Shown: piece by piece, positions 27,335 to 37,991 of the stretch
Layout of the letters: each line of letters begins with the position of its first letter
Position numbering within the stretch: position 1 is the stretch's first letter
Assembly: GCA_043751985.1 (NCBI GenBank)
Contig: JAYUZG010000019.1
Coordinates: 1-53,439 of the forward strand
Direction of reading: 5' to 3'
DNA from: Betaproteobacteria bacterium
Lineage (GTDB): Bacteria; Pseudomonadota; Gammaproteobacteria; Burkholderiales; JAYUZG01
Length of the DNA: 53,439 nucleotides
Notes under the pieces: generated by a model
Databases searched by the model: none
The model's input: only the letters and a program-made list of their open reading frames with translations
Told to the model about the DNA's origin: nothing
Position numbers and translations under genes: made by a program

Positions 27335-27976
27335 TTATTCGCCTTGGCTGAAGAATTCCCGCGGCCCGCGCATTTTTTGAATGCGGTGCAACAGTAAATC
27401 AAAATCGCCTAACTGATCAACAAAATTCAAGTGGTCGCTGTTGACGATCAGCAGCGGCGCGGCATTGAACTCATAAAAAAAGCGGCGGTACGCATCGGCT
27501 ATTTTTACCAGATAGGCCTCGGAAATCGCGTGCTCATAGTCATTGCCCCGGCGCCGCACGCGCGCAACCAACTGCGCGGTGGACGCCTGTAAATAGATCA
27601 CCAGCTCAGGCGTGGCGGCTTGCGGCATCAGGTGGCGATAGACCTGCTGATACAACGCCAGCTCGTCGTCCGACAAATTGAGCCGCGCGAACAACGCGTC
27701 CTTGTCGAACAGGAAATCGGCCACGGTGGCGCGCGAAAACATATCGATCTGCTTGAGGTCCGCCACTTGTTGCGCGCGCTGGAACAGAAAGAACAACTGC
27801 GTCGCCAGCGCATGCCGGCGCGGGTCGCGATAAAAGCGTTCGAGAAATGGGTTAGCGTCGGGTTCTTCCAGCAGCGAAGTGGCGTTCAAGTGCTCGGCCA
27901 GGCGACGCGCAAGACTGGTCTTGCCCGCACCGATCGGGCCTTCCACGACCAGATAGCGCAACCTCTCAAGCAGCAT
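27335..27976 (-). CDS. Deoxynucleoside kinase family protein
   Basis: It has the P-loop [12 protein letters not shown] and is 213 aa. Its position between folK and panB is as I recall for betaproteobacteria. Confidence 0.8.
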   Translation of the reverse strand: MLLERLRYLVVEGPIGAGKTSLARRLAEHLNATSLLEEPDANPFLERFYRDPRRHALATQLFFLFQRAQQVADLKQIDMFSRATVADFLFDKDALFARLNLSDDELALYQQVYRHLMPQAATPELVIYLQASTAQLVARVRRRGNDYEHAISEAYLVKIADAYRRFFYEFNAAPLLIVNSDHLNFVDQLGDFDLLLHRIQKMRGPREFFSQGE

Positions 27977-28457
27977 GCTGTTTGCTCACGCCGGTGAGCG
28001 CAATGTTTTCGATGAGGTGTTCGATCGCGCCATGCCCGGGAATCACCAATTCCGGCGCAATCTCGTGCAACGGCAGCAGAACAAATGCGCGCTGGTGCAT
28101 GCGCGGATGAGGGACTCTCAGCCCGGGTTGCTCGATCACTTGATCGTCGTACAACAGCAAGTCGAGATCAAGCGTGCGCGGCGCGTTCGTGTACGAGCGC
28201 CGCCTGCCGTGCGCGGCTTCGATGCGCAATAACTCATCGAGCAAAACGCGCGCATCGAGCGTGGTTTCGATCTTGGCGCATGCGTTGATGTAGTCCGGTT
28301 GTGACGGCCCGCCTACCGCGGTCGTGCGATATAGCGACGAACGCTCCAGCACTCTGGTGTCCGGGAGCGCCGTCAATTCCTGCATGGCGGTCGTCACTTG
28401 CCGTTGCGGACCGTCCAGGTTGGCGCCCAACGCGATGTACGCAAGCCGTCCTGCCAT
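27966..28457 (-). CDS. folK: 2-amino-4-hydroxy-6-hydroxymethyldihydropteridine diphosphokinase
   Basis: The ORF is 163 aa. It carries AYIALGANL...RTLDLDLLLY...PHPRMHQRAFVL motifs. Confidence 0.92.
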   Translation of the reverse strand: MAGRLAYIALGANLDGPQRQVTTAMQELTALPDTRVLERSSLYRTTAVGGPSQPDYINACAKIETTLDARVLLDELLRIEAAHGRRRSYTNAPRTLDLDLLLYDDQVIEQPGLRVPHPRMHQRAFVLLPLHEIAPELVIPGHGAIEHLIENIALTGVSKQHAA

Positions 28458-29804
28458 TCAGATTTCGCCTGGAGCAACCGTTGCGGCGCGCGCGCCACCG
28501 CGGCGGCGGCGCCGGCGTGGTCCGCCACTCGCAAGCGGCAGCAACATGGCGGCGCGTTCGCTCTCATTGGCATCCTGAAAGCGCGTCCACCACTCGCCGG
28601 CCTCCATTTCCACCTCGCCGCTTTCACAGCGCAGCAACAGGAAATCGTAGCCGGCACGAAAGCGCGGGCTGGTCAACACGCCGTAAGGGCGCTTGCCGCT
28701 GCGGTTGTCGAGCCGCACCTGAAGCGCCCATATCTCCTTCATGTCGGCGCCGAATCGCTTCGGAATTGAGAGCTTCTCTGCCTGCACCTGAATCACCTGA
28801 TCCATCGCTTCTTGCAGCGCAGGCATGGCGTGCATGCCTTGCTCCACGCGCAACTTGCTCGCCGCCAGCACCTCGTGCCACAACAACGCCGCGAATAAGA
28901 ATCCGGGCGAGACCGGCTTATCGGCGCGAATGCGCTCGTCGGTGCGCGCCAGTGCGAGCATCACGAAGCGCTCGCCTTGCGGCTGATCCAGAATCACGTC
29001 GAGCATCGGCAGCAAACCGTGATGCAGACCCTCGGCGCGCAACATCTTGACGCAATCGACGGCGTAGCCGGACAACAGCAGTTTCAACATCTCCTCGAAT
29101 ACGCGCGCAGAGGGCACGTTGGCCAGCAATGCAGCCAGTTCGCCGATCGGTTCGCGCGTTGTTGCGGCAATTTTTAGTTTGAGTTTCGCGGCGAGCCGCA
29201 CGCCGCGCAGCATGCGCACCGGGTCTTCACGGTAGCGTTGCACTGGATCACCGATCATTACCAACGAGCGCGCTTTTAGATGTTTCACGCCACCGCAGTA
29301 GTCGAGGATCTGTTCGGTGGTCGGATCGTAATACAGCGCGTTGATGGTGAAGTCGCGCCGGATCGCGTCTTCCTCCAAGGTCCCGAACACGTTGTCGCGC
29401 AGAATACGGCCGTGCTGGTCGGCAATCTGATCCGCTGAATCCGGCCCGGCGTTGAGCGCGCGATAGGTCGAAACCTCGATCGTTTCGGCCCCGCACATCA
29501 CGTGCACCAGCCGAAAGCGGCGTCCAATGATGCGCGAGCGGCGAAACGCGGCGCGCACTTCCTCCGGCGTTGCGCTGGTGGCGAGGTCAAAGTCCTTGGG
29601 TTCCAATCCGAGCAGCAGATCGCGTACCGCACCGCCTACCACGTAAGCAGTGAAACCGCGCTCCTGTAGCGTTGTGATCGTGCGGCGTGCACACGAACCG
29701 ATGTGGTCAGCGGAGATGCCGTGTTGTTCGAGCGGAATGATGCGCGGTGCAGCGCTCGCTCCAGACCGGCCGGAAAAAACCCGGCGAAGCAACTTGCGAA
29801 TCAT
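28458..29804 (-). CDS. pcnB: Poly(A) polymerase I
   Basis: The ORF is 448 aa. It has the nucleotidyltransferase head YVVGGAVRDLLLG, and folK lies immediately downstream. Confidence 0.92.
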   Translation of the reverse strand: MIRKLLRRVFSGRSGASAAPRIIPLEQHGISADHIGSCARRTITTLQERGFTAYVVGGAVRDLLLGLEPKDFDLATSATPEEVRAAFRRSRIIGRRFRLVHVMCGAETIEVSTYRALNAGPDSADQIADQHGRILRDNVFGTLEEDAIRRDFTINALYYDPTTEQILDYCGGVKHLKARSLVMIGDPVQRYREDPVRMLRGVRLAAKLKLKIAATTREPIGELAALLANVPSARVFEEMLKLLLSGYAVDCVKMLRAEGLHHGLLPMLDVILDQPQGERFVMLALARTDERIRADKPVSPGFLFAALLWHEVLAASKLRVEQGMHAMPALQEAMDQVIQVQAEKLSIPKRFGADMKEIWALQVRLDNRSGKRPYGVLTSPRFRAGYDFLLLRCESGEVEMEAGEWWTRFQDANESERAAMLLPLASGGPRRRRRRGGARAATVAPGEI

Positions 29805-29906
29805 CCAGTATGAGGTGGGGGGCTTTTCACCCTAGAATTATACATGCCGCTCATTACTCGACCCGCGCTGGGAGAACAGCGCTGCCGTCGATTATTACAA
29901 AATCGA

Positions 29907-30191
29907 TCAAGCCTCCAGACTGTCGCTCCAGCGCTGGGTCGGGCCATCCCAATCTTGCAAACCGGCATCGTAAGCATCTTCGATCCACTCGCTATCCTGA
30001 CCATCCCCGTCGACAAAACGACGTTCGTATTCCGAGATCGCCAACGTCAACGACTCGACTCGAGCCGATGCCGCAGTTTGCCGTTGCGCGTGCAGGGCTT
30101 GCACCAGTTGATGCTTCGCTTCAAGGTAATCGCGCTCATTCAGGATCGCTCGAAACTGCGCCACTTGCTTGATGAAATTCCGCTGACCCAT
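29907..30191 (-). CDS. Small helical protein with an acidic C-terminus, unknown function
   Basis: The ORF is 94 aa from the ATG at 30191. An SD GGAGG lies about 5 nt upstream. The C-terminus is rich in D, E and W (DGDGQDSEWIEDAYDAGLQDWDG). Confidence 0.55.
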   Translation of the reverse strand: MGQRNFIKQVAQFRAILNERDYLEAKHQLVQALHAQRQTAASARVESLTLAISEYERRFVDGDGQDSEWIEDAYDAGLQDWDGPTQRWSDSLEA

Positions 30192-30276
30192 AGCCACCTC
30201 CACAGTTGACAGTACCGGGTGTAAGGCAAGCTTCGCGCCAGCGAACTTGCAACGCACGCCAGGTCAAGCACGTGTT

Positions 30277-32814
30277 CTATTGCGCACGCAGCGCGCTGAT
30301 CAAGCCCGCTACCGCACGGTCGAAAATCGACACGCGCTCGATTGGCTTTACCGCGCCACTGCGAATCGCGCGCGCGACGTCGATGAAACGCATTTCCGCG
30401 ACTTGCGCGCCGGCGCTATCGGTAAACAGGTACACGCCGCCACTGGGACTGATGAACGATAACTTGGCCGACACGCGCGACGCGTCCGCCTGCTCGATGT
30501 CAACCCAGCACCCGAGGCGCAAGTCGGCGGCCGAGTAGGTTGCGGAGGTCACCTCGTCGGCGTTATCCGGTAACTGTGCCGCCTCGATCTCGATTTCCTC
30601 GACCGCAAACGCAGGTTTGAAATCGCGTGCCGGCGCATCGTCTTTGTCGGCGAGCGTGGTGAAGTCGAGCTCGACCAGTTCATCGCTTTCCGGCACCGAC
30701 GAAGGGTACACAATCGCCTGCGCGCCGGCTTCGTCCTCGCTCGCAGCCGAACGCTCGCTCGCGCTCGCATCTGCGTCAAGCACTGGCGGCGGTTCGACGG
30801 CGATTGGCGCTCGCTCGTCATGTTCCGCTGCGCTGTCGCCGCGCGCGGCACCGGGGATGACGGACTGAGTGTCTTGCACCGAATCCGCTTCTGCCGGCTT
30901 GGTCGTCTTGGCCGGAGCGCTGCCTTCAATAAGCGCCGTGTGCCGCCGCATCAGTGCACCGAGAAAAACCTGTTCCGAGCTGGTTTCCGTGCCGGCGGCG
31001 CGCATTCCCGCGCGCAATTGTTTCAGCAGGCGTGGCAACTTTGCCGCCAATTGACGCCGCTCGTCCGCGCTTTGCTTTGGCTCCAGGCTCCAGATCAGCT
31101 CATCAAGGGTGTGCAAGGCGTTGTTCCACGCCGGGCTGTCTTCGCCTTTGTTGCAGTAAGCAAGATAGAGAAGTTTCAGCCACTCTTCCATCAGGAACTT
31201 CAGCACCACTTTCGGCAGCGAGCGGCCGGACGCGCGCGATTTCAATTCGCTATACGCACGCTGTCGCGCCACACGCCGCGATTCTTTGCGCTGTGCCGCG
31301 TCCACTGCCTGACGCGATCGTTCTTCCGCACGCCACGTCTGCTGTTGCAGCAGCTCGCGCAGTTCTCGCAGCAACGCTTCGAATACCTGCAGGTCCGCGT
31401 CGAAGTCGGCCAGCAGGCTCTCGATCAATTGTTCCAGGCGCCCATACAGAACAGAATCGGCGGCGAGACTCGTATCCAGAGTGAACTCGCTCAGCACGTC
31501 GAGCATGGCACGGGCGGGGTGTTGCGTATCGGCGAAAAAAGACTTGTCAAGCAGCGCGACCTTGAGCAAGGGAAATTGCAGACGGCCGATCAGTGCTTTC
31601 ATCGCGGGCGGGATTTTTTCGTCGGCAAAAATTTGGTCGAAGATGCACGCCACGATATCCAAGGTGCCCGCATCCGGCACGCCCAAGCCTCGGCCGAGTG
31701 GCGACTGACGAATCTCATGCAACAAATTGGCGTCGGCGGCGCGGCGCGCCTGCAATGCGTCCGACTGCGCGGCGGCAAAATCGTTGTGCTGGAAGCGGGT
31801 CAGCGCGTTCATCAACTGCGCGCCTTCCAGCACCACCGGCGCGCTCGCCAGCAAATCAAAATTAAGCGAGGGCAGCGCCCCTAAGTTCATCGACGCAGCG
31901 GCGTTGCCAGCCGGCGCGGCGTACATGGGCAGTGCCGGCACGGCCGGCCCGCGCGCGGCCAGATTCGACATCAAGCCCTGCAAGATCGCAAACAGATCCG
32001 GCGACGACGCCGCGCCACCGCCACCACCCGATGCGCGTGCTCCGCTTGCGCCTGCTTGCCCTGGACCCAACAACGATTCGGGTACCGTCGTACTCTTTTG
32101 CACGCGAAACGAAGCCACCGGAATGACATCGCGCTCCACCAACAAGATGTTGAGGTCCCGGTAGAGTTTTTCCAGGTCGCCGATTCCGCTGGTTTCGAAA
32201 GCCTCGAGGACCACCATGCGAACCCGCACATCCGCATCGAATTTTTCGCATGCGGCGCGGAAGGCATTGCACAGTGTGTGCGGGCTGAGAGGATTGTCCT
32301 CGTCGGTGAGGTCGGGGAGGTTGGCGAGCAAGGCAATCCGCGGCTGCAACTGTGTCAGTTGTTCACTGGCCGCGCCGGTCAAGCGCCGGATCAGGTCGCG
32401 CACCTTGAGCGATTCGCTGAGGTCCTCATGGTCAACCAACGTCAGCTCGCGCGCGGAAACTTTCTGGCTATTTTTGGGGCCGTGATTTTTAGCGTCGGAA
32501 CGCTTAGCGTGTGCTTTGCTTAGCTTGGCGAAGGCCGCGGCCACGCCCTGGCTAAAGTCGTCGGTAAGCAGCGCGCCGCGGGTGCGCGCTTCATCGCGCG
32601 CCCGAAAATAAATATTCTTCTGGTCGTTCTCCGGCTCTTTCTGCGCCCGCTCCGACAGCATGCTGGGAACCGCGTCCAGCAGCCGCGCGGCAGCGTCTGC
32701 CACGCGCGTCGCGCACAATTCACGGCATTCAGAAAGGATAGACGATGTGCTGCCACGCATTGCAACAAGTTCCAATATGAGCGGCCCAACACGGACCATT
32801 TCTGAGGTGATCAA
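30277..32814 (-). CDS. DUF1631-family protein
   Basis: The ORF is about 830-845 aa. The N-terminal region (LSECRELCATRVADAAARLLDAV...NIYFRARDEAR) matches the DUF1631 pattern as I recall it from Pseudomonas homologs. The start is uncertain: TTG 32814, ATG 32799 or ATG 32760. Confidence 0.65.
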   Translation of the reverse strand: MITSEMVRVGPLILELVAMRGSTSSILSECRELCATRVADAAARLLDAVPSMLSERAQKEPENDQKNIYFRARDEARTRGALLTDDFSQGVAAAFAKLSKAHAKRSDAKNHGPKNSQKVSARELTLVDHEDLSESLKVRDLIRRLTGAASEQLTQLQPRIALLANLPDLTDEDNPLSPHTLCNAFRAACEKFDADVRVRMVVLEAFETSGIGDLEKLYRDLNILLVERDVIPVASFRVQKSTTVPESLLGPGQAGASGARASGGGGGAASSPDLFAILQGLMSNLAARGPAVPALPMYAAPAGNAAASMNLGALPSLNFDLLASAPVVLEGAQLMNALTRFQHNDFAAAQSDALQARRAADANLLHEIRQSPLGRGLGVPDAGTLDIVACIFDQIFADEKIPPAMKALIGRLQFPLLKVALLDKSFFADTQHPARAMLDVLSEFTLDTSLAADSVLYGRLEQLIESLLADFDADLQVFEALLRELRELLQQQTWRAEERSRQAVDAAQRKESRRVARQRAYSELKSRASGRSLPKVVLKFLMEEWLKLLYLAYCNKGEDSPAWNNALHTLDELIWSLEPKQSADERRQLAAKLPRLLKQLRAGMRAAGTETSSEQVFLGALMRRHTALIEGSAPAKTTKPAEADSVQDTQSVIPGAARGDSAAEHDERAPIAVEPPPVLDADASASERSAASEDEAGAQAIVYPSSVPESDELVELDFTTLADKDDAPARDFKPAFAVEEIEIEAAQLPDNADEVTSATYSAADLRLGCWVDIEQADASRVSAKLSFISPSGGVYLFTDSAGAQVAEMRFIDVARAIRSGAVKPIERVSIFDRAVAGLISALRAQ

Positions 32815-33005
32815 CGGCCGGAAAGACGCGCGCTTAAGCGTATCTTGTAGGGGTCGTGCGCATTGCTGGTGTATGCTGGCCGTCAGGCTACGCGCGACTC
32901 CGTTGTGCCGCCTTCGTTACTTTGGTGTACGTCGTGCACCCTGGTGGCCGCCCACGCCCGTGAGCGTGCGTGGTCTTTCACTCAATCTCTGAAGGAGGAA
33001 CTGTC

Positions 33006-33659
33006 ATGGCTATTCGAATCGGCGACGAGGCCCCGGATTTCACCGCCGATACCACCGAGGGCAAAATTCGCTTTCACGAGTGGATCGGCGACAAATGGGC
33101 AATTCTGTTCTCGCACCCGAAGGACTTTACGCCGGTCTGCACCACCGAGCTTGGCTATCTGGCCGGCCTCAAGCCACAGTTTGATAAGCGCAACACCAAG
33201 GTAATCGGCTTGAGCGTGGATCCGGTCAGCGACCATAACAAGTGGGTCGGCGACATCAAGGAAACGCAAGGACACGCGGTCAACTATCCACTGATCGGGG
33301 ACTCCGACCTGGTAGTGGCGAAACTGTATGACATGATTCACCCCAATGCGAGCGGCGGCCCGCGCACCGCGGTGGACAACGCGACGGTGCGTTCGGTATT
33401 CATCGTCGGGCCAGACAAAAAAGTTAAGGCGATGCTCATTTACCCGATGAGCGCCGGCCGCAATTTCGATGAAGTGCTGCGTCTGCTCGATGCACTTCAG
33501 TTGAATGCCAAGCACACGGTCGCCACGCCGGTAAACTGGAAACCGGGCGAAGACGTCATCATCCCGCCCTCGGTAACCGATGAACAGGCGAGAGCCAAAT
33601 ATCCGCAGGGCTTTAAGACTCTGAAACCTTATCTGAGGACGGTAGCGCAGCCCAAATGA
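33006..33659 (+). CDS. 1-Cys peroxiredoxin (Prx6-type)
   Basis: An SD AGGAGG lies 7 nt upstream of the ATG. The active site is FSHPKDFTPVCTTE. Confidence 0.92.
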   Translation: MAIRIGDEAPDFTADTTEGKIRFHEWIGDKWAILFSHPKDFTPVCTTELGYLAGLKPQFDKRNTKVIGLSVDPVSDHNKWVGDIKETQGHAVNYPLIGDSDLVVAKLYDMIHPNASGGPRTAVDNATVRSVFIVGPDKKVKAMLIYPMSAGRNFDEVLRLLDALQLNAKHTVATPVNWKPGEDVIIPPSVTDEQARAKYPQGFKTLKPYLRTVAQPK

Positions 33660-33747
33660 AGCGGCGCAGCCAAAATGAAGTTGTGGGCGCGACCGAATTG
33701 ACGTTTAGGCCGCGCCACCCTGAGGAGCGACGCCTGCGGTAGCCTTG

Positions 33748-34404
33748 TTAACGCAGGCTGATGATGGGCCAGCCCTGTTGCCCCGCGTGCGCGCGCAAGG
33801 TGTCGTCCGGATCCACCGCCACCGGCGCGTTCACCACGGAGAGCAACGGAAGGTCGTTCAGCGAATCGCTGTAGAAGAAGGTCTTGTCGAAAATTCGCAG
33901 AACTTCTCCATGCGTGCGCAGCCATTCGTTCACGCGCACAACCTTGCCCTCTCTAAATGACGGTGTTCCGACGACCCGTCCGGTGAATTCGCCGTTATGG
34001 TGTTCAGGTTCGGTGGCAATCAAATTTTCGATACCGAATTCGCGCGCTATGGGCCCGGTCACGAAGCTATTGGTCGCGGTCACGACGGCGCACAGGTCCG
34101 CGCGATGCGCGGCGACCAGCGCGCGCGCTTTCTGCGTGATGATGGGCAGCACACGATCGCGCATGAATTCCGCGTGCCACCGATCCAGCGTCGCGCGCTT
34201 GACTCGCGCCAATGGCGCCAACTGGAAGTCCAGAAATTCATGAATGTTCAAGGTACCCGCCTTGTAGGCTTCGTAGAATTGTAGATTGCGCTTCTCGTGA
34301 ATTTCACGATCCAGCACACCTTTGAAAATCAGGAACTGCGCCCATTCAAAATCGCTGTCCCCCGCGAGCAAAGTGTTATCCAGATCAAACAGTGCAAGAT
34401 TCAT
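33748..34404 (-). CDS. HAD-IB family hydrolase
   Basis: It has FDLDNTLL (motif I) and a C-terminal YSDSLNDLPLL motif. The ORF is 218 aa. Confidence 0.85.
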   Translation of the reverse strand: MNLALFDLDNTLLAGDSDFEWAQFLIFKGVLDREIHEKRNLQFYEAYKAGTLNIHEFLDFQLAPLARVKRATLDRWHAEFMRDRVLPIITQKARALVAAHRADLCAVVTATNSFVTGPIAREFGIENLIATEPEHHNGEFTGRVVGTPSFREGKVVRVNEWLRTHGEVLRIFDKTFFYSDSLNDLPLLSVVNAPVAVDPDDTLRAHAGQQGWPIISLR

Positions 34405-34469
34405 TTTTTCGATTAAAAGAAGATTGAAGACTGAAGAAAAAGCGCGTCAAGTCACGCGCGAATAAGTGG

Positions 34470-35120
34470 TCACGCCGGCAACTCAAGCTCACGCAACAGG
34501 TCACGCAACAAAGGCAAGGTAACCGCGCGCTTGTTCTCCAGCGAAAAGCGATCTAAGGCGTCGATGATCGCCATCAGCACGCGCAAATCGCGGCTGCCGT
34601 GCGTCATCAGATACTGCACCAGTTCCGCCGGCAGCTTTAGACCTCGTCCCTTTGCATACCTCTGTAGCGCGATGGCTTTTTCATCGTCGGACAGGGCGTG
34701 TACTTCGTAGACCAAGCCGGAGCCAAGCCGCGTCGCCACGTCGGCGCGCAGGGCAAGCCGCGCCGGCGGTGCATCGCCGGAGACGGCCAGCAACACGGCT
34801 CGCTCACGCGCCGCGATGGCGAGACGGAACAGCAGTGCCTGCCCCGGCTCGTCCAGCAAGTGCGCATCGTCCAGTATCGCGGGCCGGGTCAATTGTTCCA
34901 ACATGAGCGGCGCTTGATGTGCGTGCAGCGCAACCGCGAGTGCGCGTAACAAATGCGACTTGCCGCTACCGGGTTTGCCCCAAATGTAAAGAATCCGTTC
35001 AGTCTCTACGCCGCGCGTGAGCCGCATCAGCGTGTCCAGCAACTCCTCGTTGCGCCCGGTGACGAAGTTCTCCAAGGTCGGCGCGGGTGCGCACGCCAGG
35101 GCAAGCGCGAGTTGCTTCAC
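34470..35120 (-). CDS. hda: DnaA regulatory inactivator Hda
   Basis: The ORF is 216 aa with Walker A GKPGSGKSHLL. It has a 4-nt overlap with the upstream perM-like gene. Confidence 0.85.
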   Translation of the reverse strand: MKQLALALACAPAPTLENFVTGRNEELLDTLMRLTRGVETERILYIWGKPGSGKSHLLRALAVALHAHQAPLMLEQLTRPAILDDAHLLDEPGQALLFRLAIAARERAVLLAVSGDAPPARLALRADVATRLGSGLVYEVHALSDDEKAIALQRYAKGRGLKLPAELVQYLMTHGSRDLRVLMAIIDALDRFSLENKRAVTLPLLRDLLRELELPA

Positions 35121-36181
35121 GATTTGTACAGCGCGCTCGCCAGGTAGCGCGCACGCACGTGGCGCAACGTCACCAGCAAGGCAGCACTGGCCGGCAGCGC
35201 CAGCAGTACGCCGACAAAACCGAACACCTGGCCAAACGCCAGCAACGAAAAGATCACCGCCAACGGGTGCAAACCGATGCGGTCCCCCACCAGCCGCGGG
35301 GTCAGAAACATGCCTTCAATCGTTTGGCCGATGGCAAACGCGATCCACACCGGGACCAAGCCCGCAAGCGAGCCGAATTGCGTGAGGCCGGACAGGGTCG
35401 CGAGCAGCAGCCCCAGCAGCATGCCGACGTAGGGGACGAACACCAGCAGCCCGGCCACGATCCCGATCGGCAACGCATAGTCGAGCGAGGTAAACCACAA
35501 CGCCAGCGAGTAGAACGCCGCCATGATCAGCATCACGCCTAATTGCGCGCGCAGAAACTGACCCAGCACATCATCGACTTCACGCAGCAACCCCGTAGTG
35601 GACGCGTGCAAGCGGCGTGGAATCAGATCTTCGCAAAGCTTCAACAACACGCGCCAATCGCGCATGAAATAAAACAACGCGAGCGGCGCCAGCACCAACA
35701 CCGACACGCTGGTGAGAACCATCGACCCACTCGATCGCGCGAAGTCAATCATCTTGCGTGTCATGTCATCGCCGCGGCCCAGCGCCTCGGTCAACGCTTG
35801 CCGCACATGCGCGCCGTCGAGTTGCCAGTCGATGCCGAGGTGCGCGCTCAGCCACGGCATCACTTGCGCGCGCGTCCACACGATCCAGTCTGGCACTTTC
35901 TCCAGCATGGCCGAGAACTGGCGATAAAACAGCGGCAGCAACACCAGCAGCAGCGCCACCAACAACAATATCAGCAGCGTCATTACCAGCAAAACCGCAA
36001 CCGTACGCGGAATACGCTGGCGCACGCACCACTCCACCAGCGGGGCGCAAATGTAGGCAACGATCGCTGCGAACAAAAAGGGGCTGAGAATGGGCCCCAG
36101 CAAATGCACGGCCCACGCCAGCGCCAGTAGCGCAGCCGCATACCACGCATAACGCGTCCACTCGGAACGTTGTAGATTCAT
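35117..36181 (-). CDS. AI-2E family transporter (PerM-like permease)
   Basis: The ORF is 354 aa and multi-span. It is divergent from purM. Confidence 0.85.
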   Translation of the reverse strand: MNLQRSEWTRYAWYAAALLALAWAVHLLGPILSPFLFAAIVAYICAPLVEWCVRQRIPRTVAVLLVMTLLILLLVALLLVLLPLFYRQFSAMLEKVPDWIVWTRAQVMPWLSAHLGIDWQLDGAHVRQALTEALGRGDDMTRKMIDFARSSGSMVLTSVSVLVLAPLALFYFMRDWRVLLKLCEDLIPRRLHASTTGLLREVDDVLGQFLRAQLGVMLIMAAFYSLALWFTSLDYALPIGIVAGLLVFVPYVGMLLGLLLATLSGLTQFGSLAGLVPVWIAFAIGQTIEGMFLTPRLVGDRIGLHPLAVIFSLLAFGQVFGFVGVLLALPASAALLVTLRHVRARYLASALYKS

Positions 36182-36304
36182 TTCGGTTAGAATTTGCCCG
36201 CTTGTTGATTGTGCGAAGTGCGTCGGCTACAACGTGTACTGACCGCCGTGTACAGACTTGGCGCACCCCTCCTCACTGTATATCCTGCGACGCCGTTACT
36301 CAAC

Positions 36305-37339
36305 TTGAAACAATCCACGGGATTATCCTACCGCGGCGCCGGGGTCGACATTGACGCCGGTGACGTTCTGGTTGAACGCATCAAGCCGTTCGCCAAGCGC
36401 ACGCACCGCGACGGCGTGCTGGCAGGTATCGGCGGCTTCGGCGCGTTGTTCGAAATTTCACGGCGTTACCGAGAGCCGGTGCTGGTCTCGGGAACCGACG
36501 GCGTGGGCACCAAACTCAAGTTAGCGTTCGAGCTGCACCGCCACGATACCATCGGCATCGATCTGGTGGCGATGAGTGTCAACGATATCCTGGTGCAAGG
36601 CGCCGAGCCTTTATTCTTTCTCGATTACTTCGCGTGCGGCAAGCTGGATGTGGCGACCGCCACGCAAGTCATCAAGGGAATTGCGGCGGGCTGCGAGCAG
36701 GCGGGCTGCGCGCTCATCGGTGGCGAAACCGCCGAGATGCCCGGCATGTACGCGCAAGGCGAGTACGATCTCGCGGGCTTCGCGGTCGGCGTAGTGGAAA
36801 AACACGAGATCATCGACGGCTCAACCATCGTTGCCGGCGATGTGGTGCTCGGGCTGGCGTCGAGCGGTGCGCATTCCAACGGCTTTTCCCTGGTGCGCAA
36901 GATTATTGATTCGGCCGGCGCCGATCTGTCCATGCCCTTGGATGGGCGCACGCTGGGCGATGCCTTGCTGGCACCCACACGTATCTACGTCAAGCCTCTG
37001 CTCGCATTGATGAAGCAAGTGCCGGTGAAAGGCCTTGCGCATATCACCGGCGGCGGGCTGGTAGAAAATTTGCCGCGTATTCTCCCCGAGAACTTAATGG
37101 CAGAGCTCGACCGTAGCGCGTGGCCGCGATCGCCACTGTTCGACTGGTTGCAGCGTAGTGGCGGAGTAGACGAAGCAGAAATGCTGCGCGTATTCAATTG
37201 CGGGATCGGCATGGCGGTGACCGTGGGCGCGCAGGACGCGGCGCGCGCCAGCGCCGCGCTGACTGCGGCAGGCGAAACGGTATTCACGATCGGCCAGGTG
37301 CGTGCGCGGACGGATGGCGCCCAGACTGTGGTCCGCTGA
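36305..37339 (+). CDS. purM: Phosphoribosylformylglycinamidine cyclo-ligase
   Basis: It carries [14 protein letters not shown]...GTDGVGTKL motifs. The TTG at 36305 gives a 344-aa protein. The ORF opens at 36209, only 27 nt from the divergent gene. Confidence 0.92.
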   Translation: MKQSTGLSYRGAGVDIDAGDVLVERIKPFAKRTHRDGVLAGIGGFGALFEISRRYREPVLVSGTDGVGTKLKLAFELHRHDTIGIDLVAMSVNDILVQGAEPLFFLDYFACGKLDVATATQVIKGIAAGCEQAGCALIGGETAEMPGMYAQGEYDLAGFAVGVVEKHEIIDGSTIVAGDVVLGLASSGAHSNGFSLVRKIIDSAGADLSMPLDGRTLGDALLAPTRIYVKPLLALMKQVPVKGLAHITGGGLVENLPRILPENLMAELDRSAWPRSPLFDWLQRSGGVDEAEMLRVFNCGIGMAVTVGAQDAARASAALTAAGETVFTIGQVRARTDGAQTVVR

Positions 37340-37352
37340 AAGCGCGGGCGCG

Positions 37353-37991
37353 ATGAAGCGCATCGTGGTGTTGATTTCCGGCCGCGGCAGTAATTTAGAG
37401 GCGCTGCTGGCGGCGAACGTAGGCGGACGCATCGAGCTGGTCGTCAGCAACAATCCGGATGCGCAAGGCCTTGCCATCGCGCGCGCACACGGGGTCGCCA
37501 CCGAGATCGTGAATCACCGCGATTTTCCCGACCGCGACAGTTTCGATCAGGTGCTGGCCGACAAGATCGACGGCGCACGGCCGCATCTCGTGGTCCTCGC
37601 CGGCTTCATGCGCGTCTTGACGTCTGCCTTCATCGATCGATTCAGCGGCCGCATCATCAACATCCACCCGTCGCTGCTGCCGGCGTTTCCGGGCACGCGC
37701 ACGCACGAGCGGGCGTTGCAGGAGGGGGTCGCGCTGCACGGTTGCACGGTGCATTTTGTTACTCCCAAGCTAGACCACGGACCGATCATCGCGCAGGCGG
37801 CCGTGCCGGTGCGCGCCGACGACGATGTGGCACACCTGGCAGAGCGCGTGCTGCAACAGGAACACCGAGTATTGCCGCAGGCAATTCGCTGGTTTTTGGG
37901 AGAACGTCTGTCGGTTCATGCAAACCGCGTGCAACTGCGCGACGCGGAGTACCCCGAGAATTTTCTGATCTCACCGGAGCTCAGCTCGTGA
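37353..37991 (+). CDS. purN: Phosphoribosylglycinamide formyltransferase
   Basis: The N-terminus is MKRIVVLISGRGSNLEALL. It also carries NIHPSLLPAF and GCTVHFV motifs. Confidence 0.92.
   Translation: MKRIVVLISGRGSNLEALLAANVGGRIELVVSNNPDAQGLAIARAHGVATEIVNHRDFPDRDSFDQVLADKIDGARPHLVVLAGFMRVLTSAFIDRFSGRIINIHPSLLPAFPGTRTHERALQEGVALHGCTVHFVTPKLDHGPIIAQAAVPVRADDDVAHLAERVLQQEHRVLPQAIRWFLGERLSVHANRVQLRDAEYPENFLISPELSS

Noticed and set aside
34405-34469. An AT-rich spacer contains three (t)gaaga units: aagaagattgaagactgaagaaaaa.
   Set aside because: It is very short and degenerate. It is most simply promoter or UP-element-like AT-rich DNA upstream of the HAD gene.
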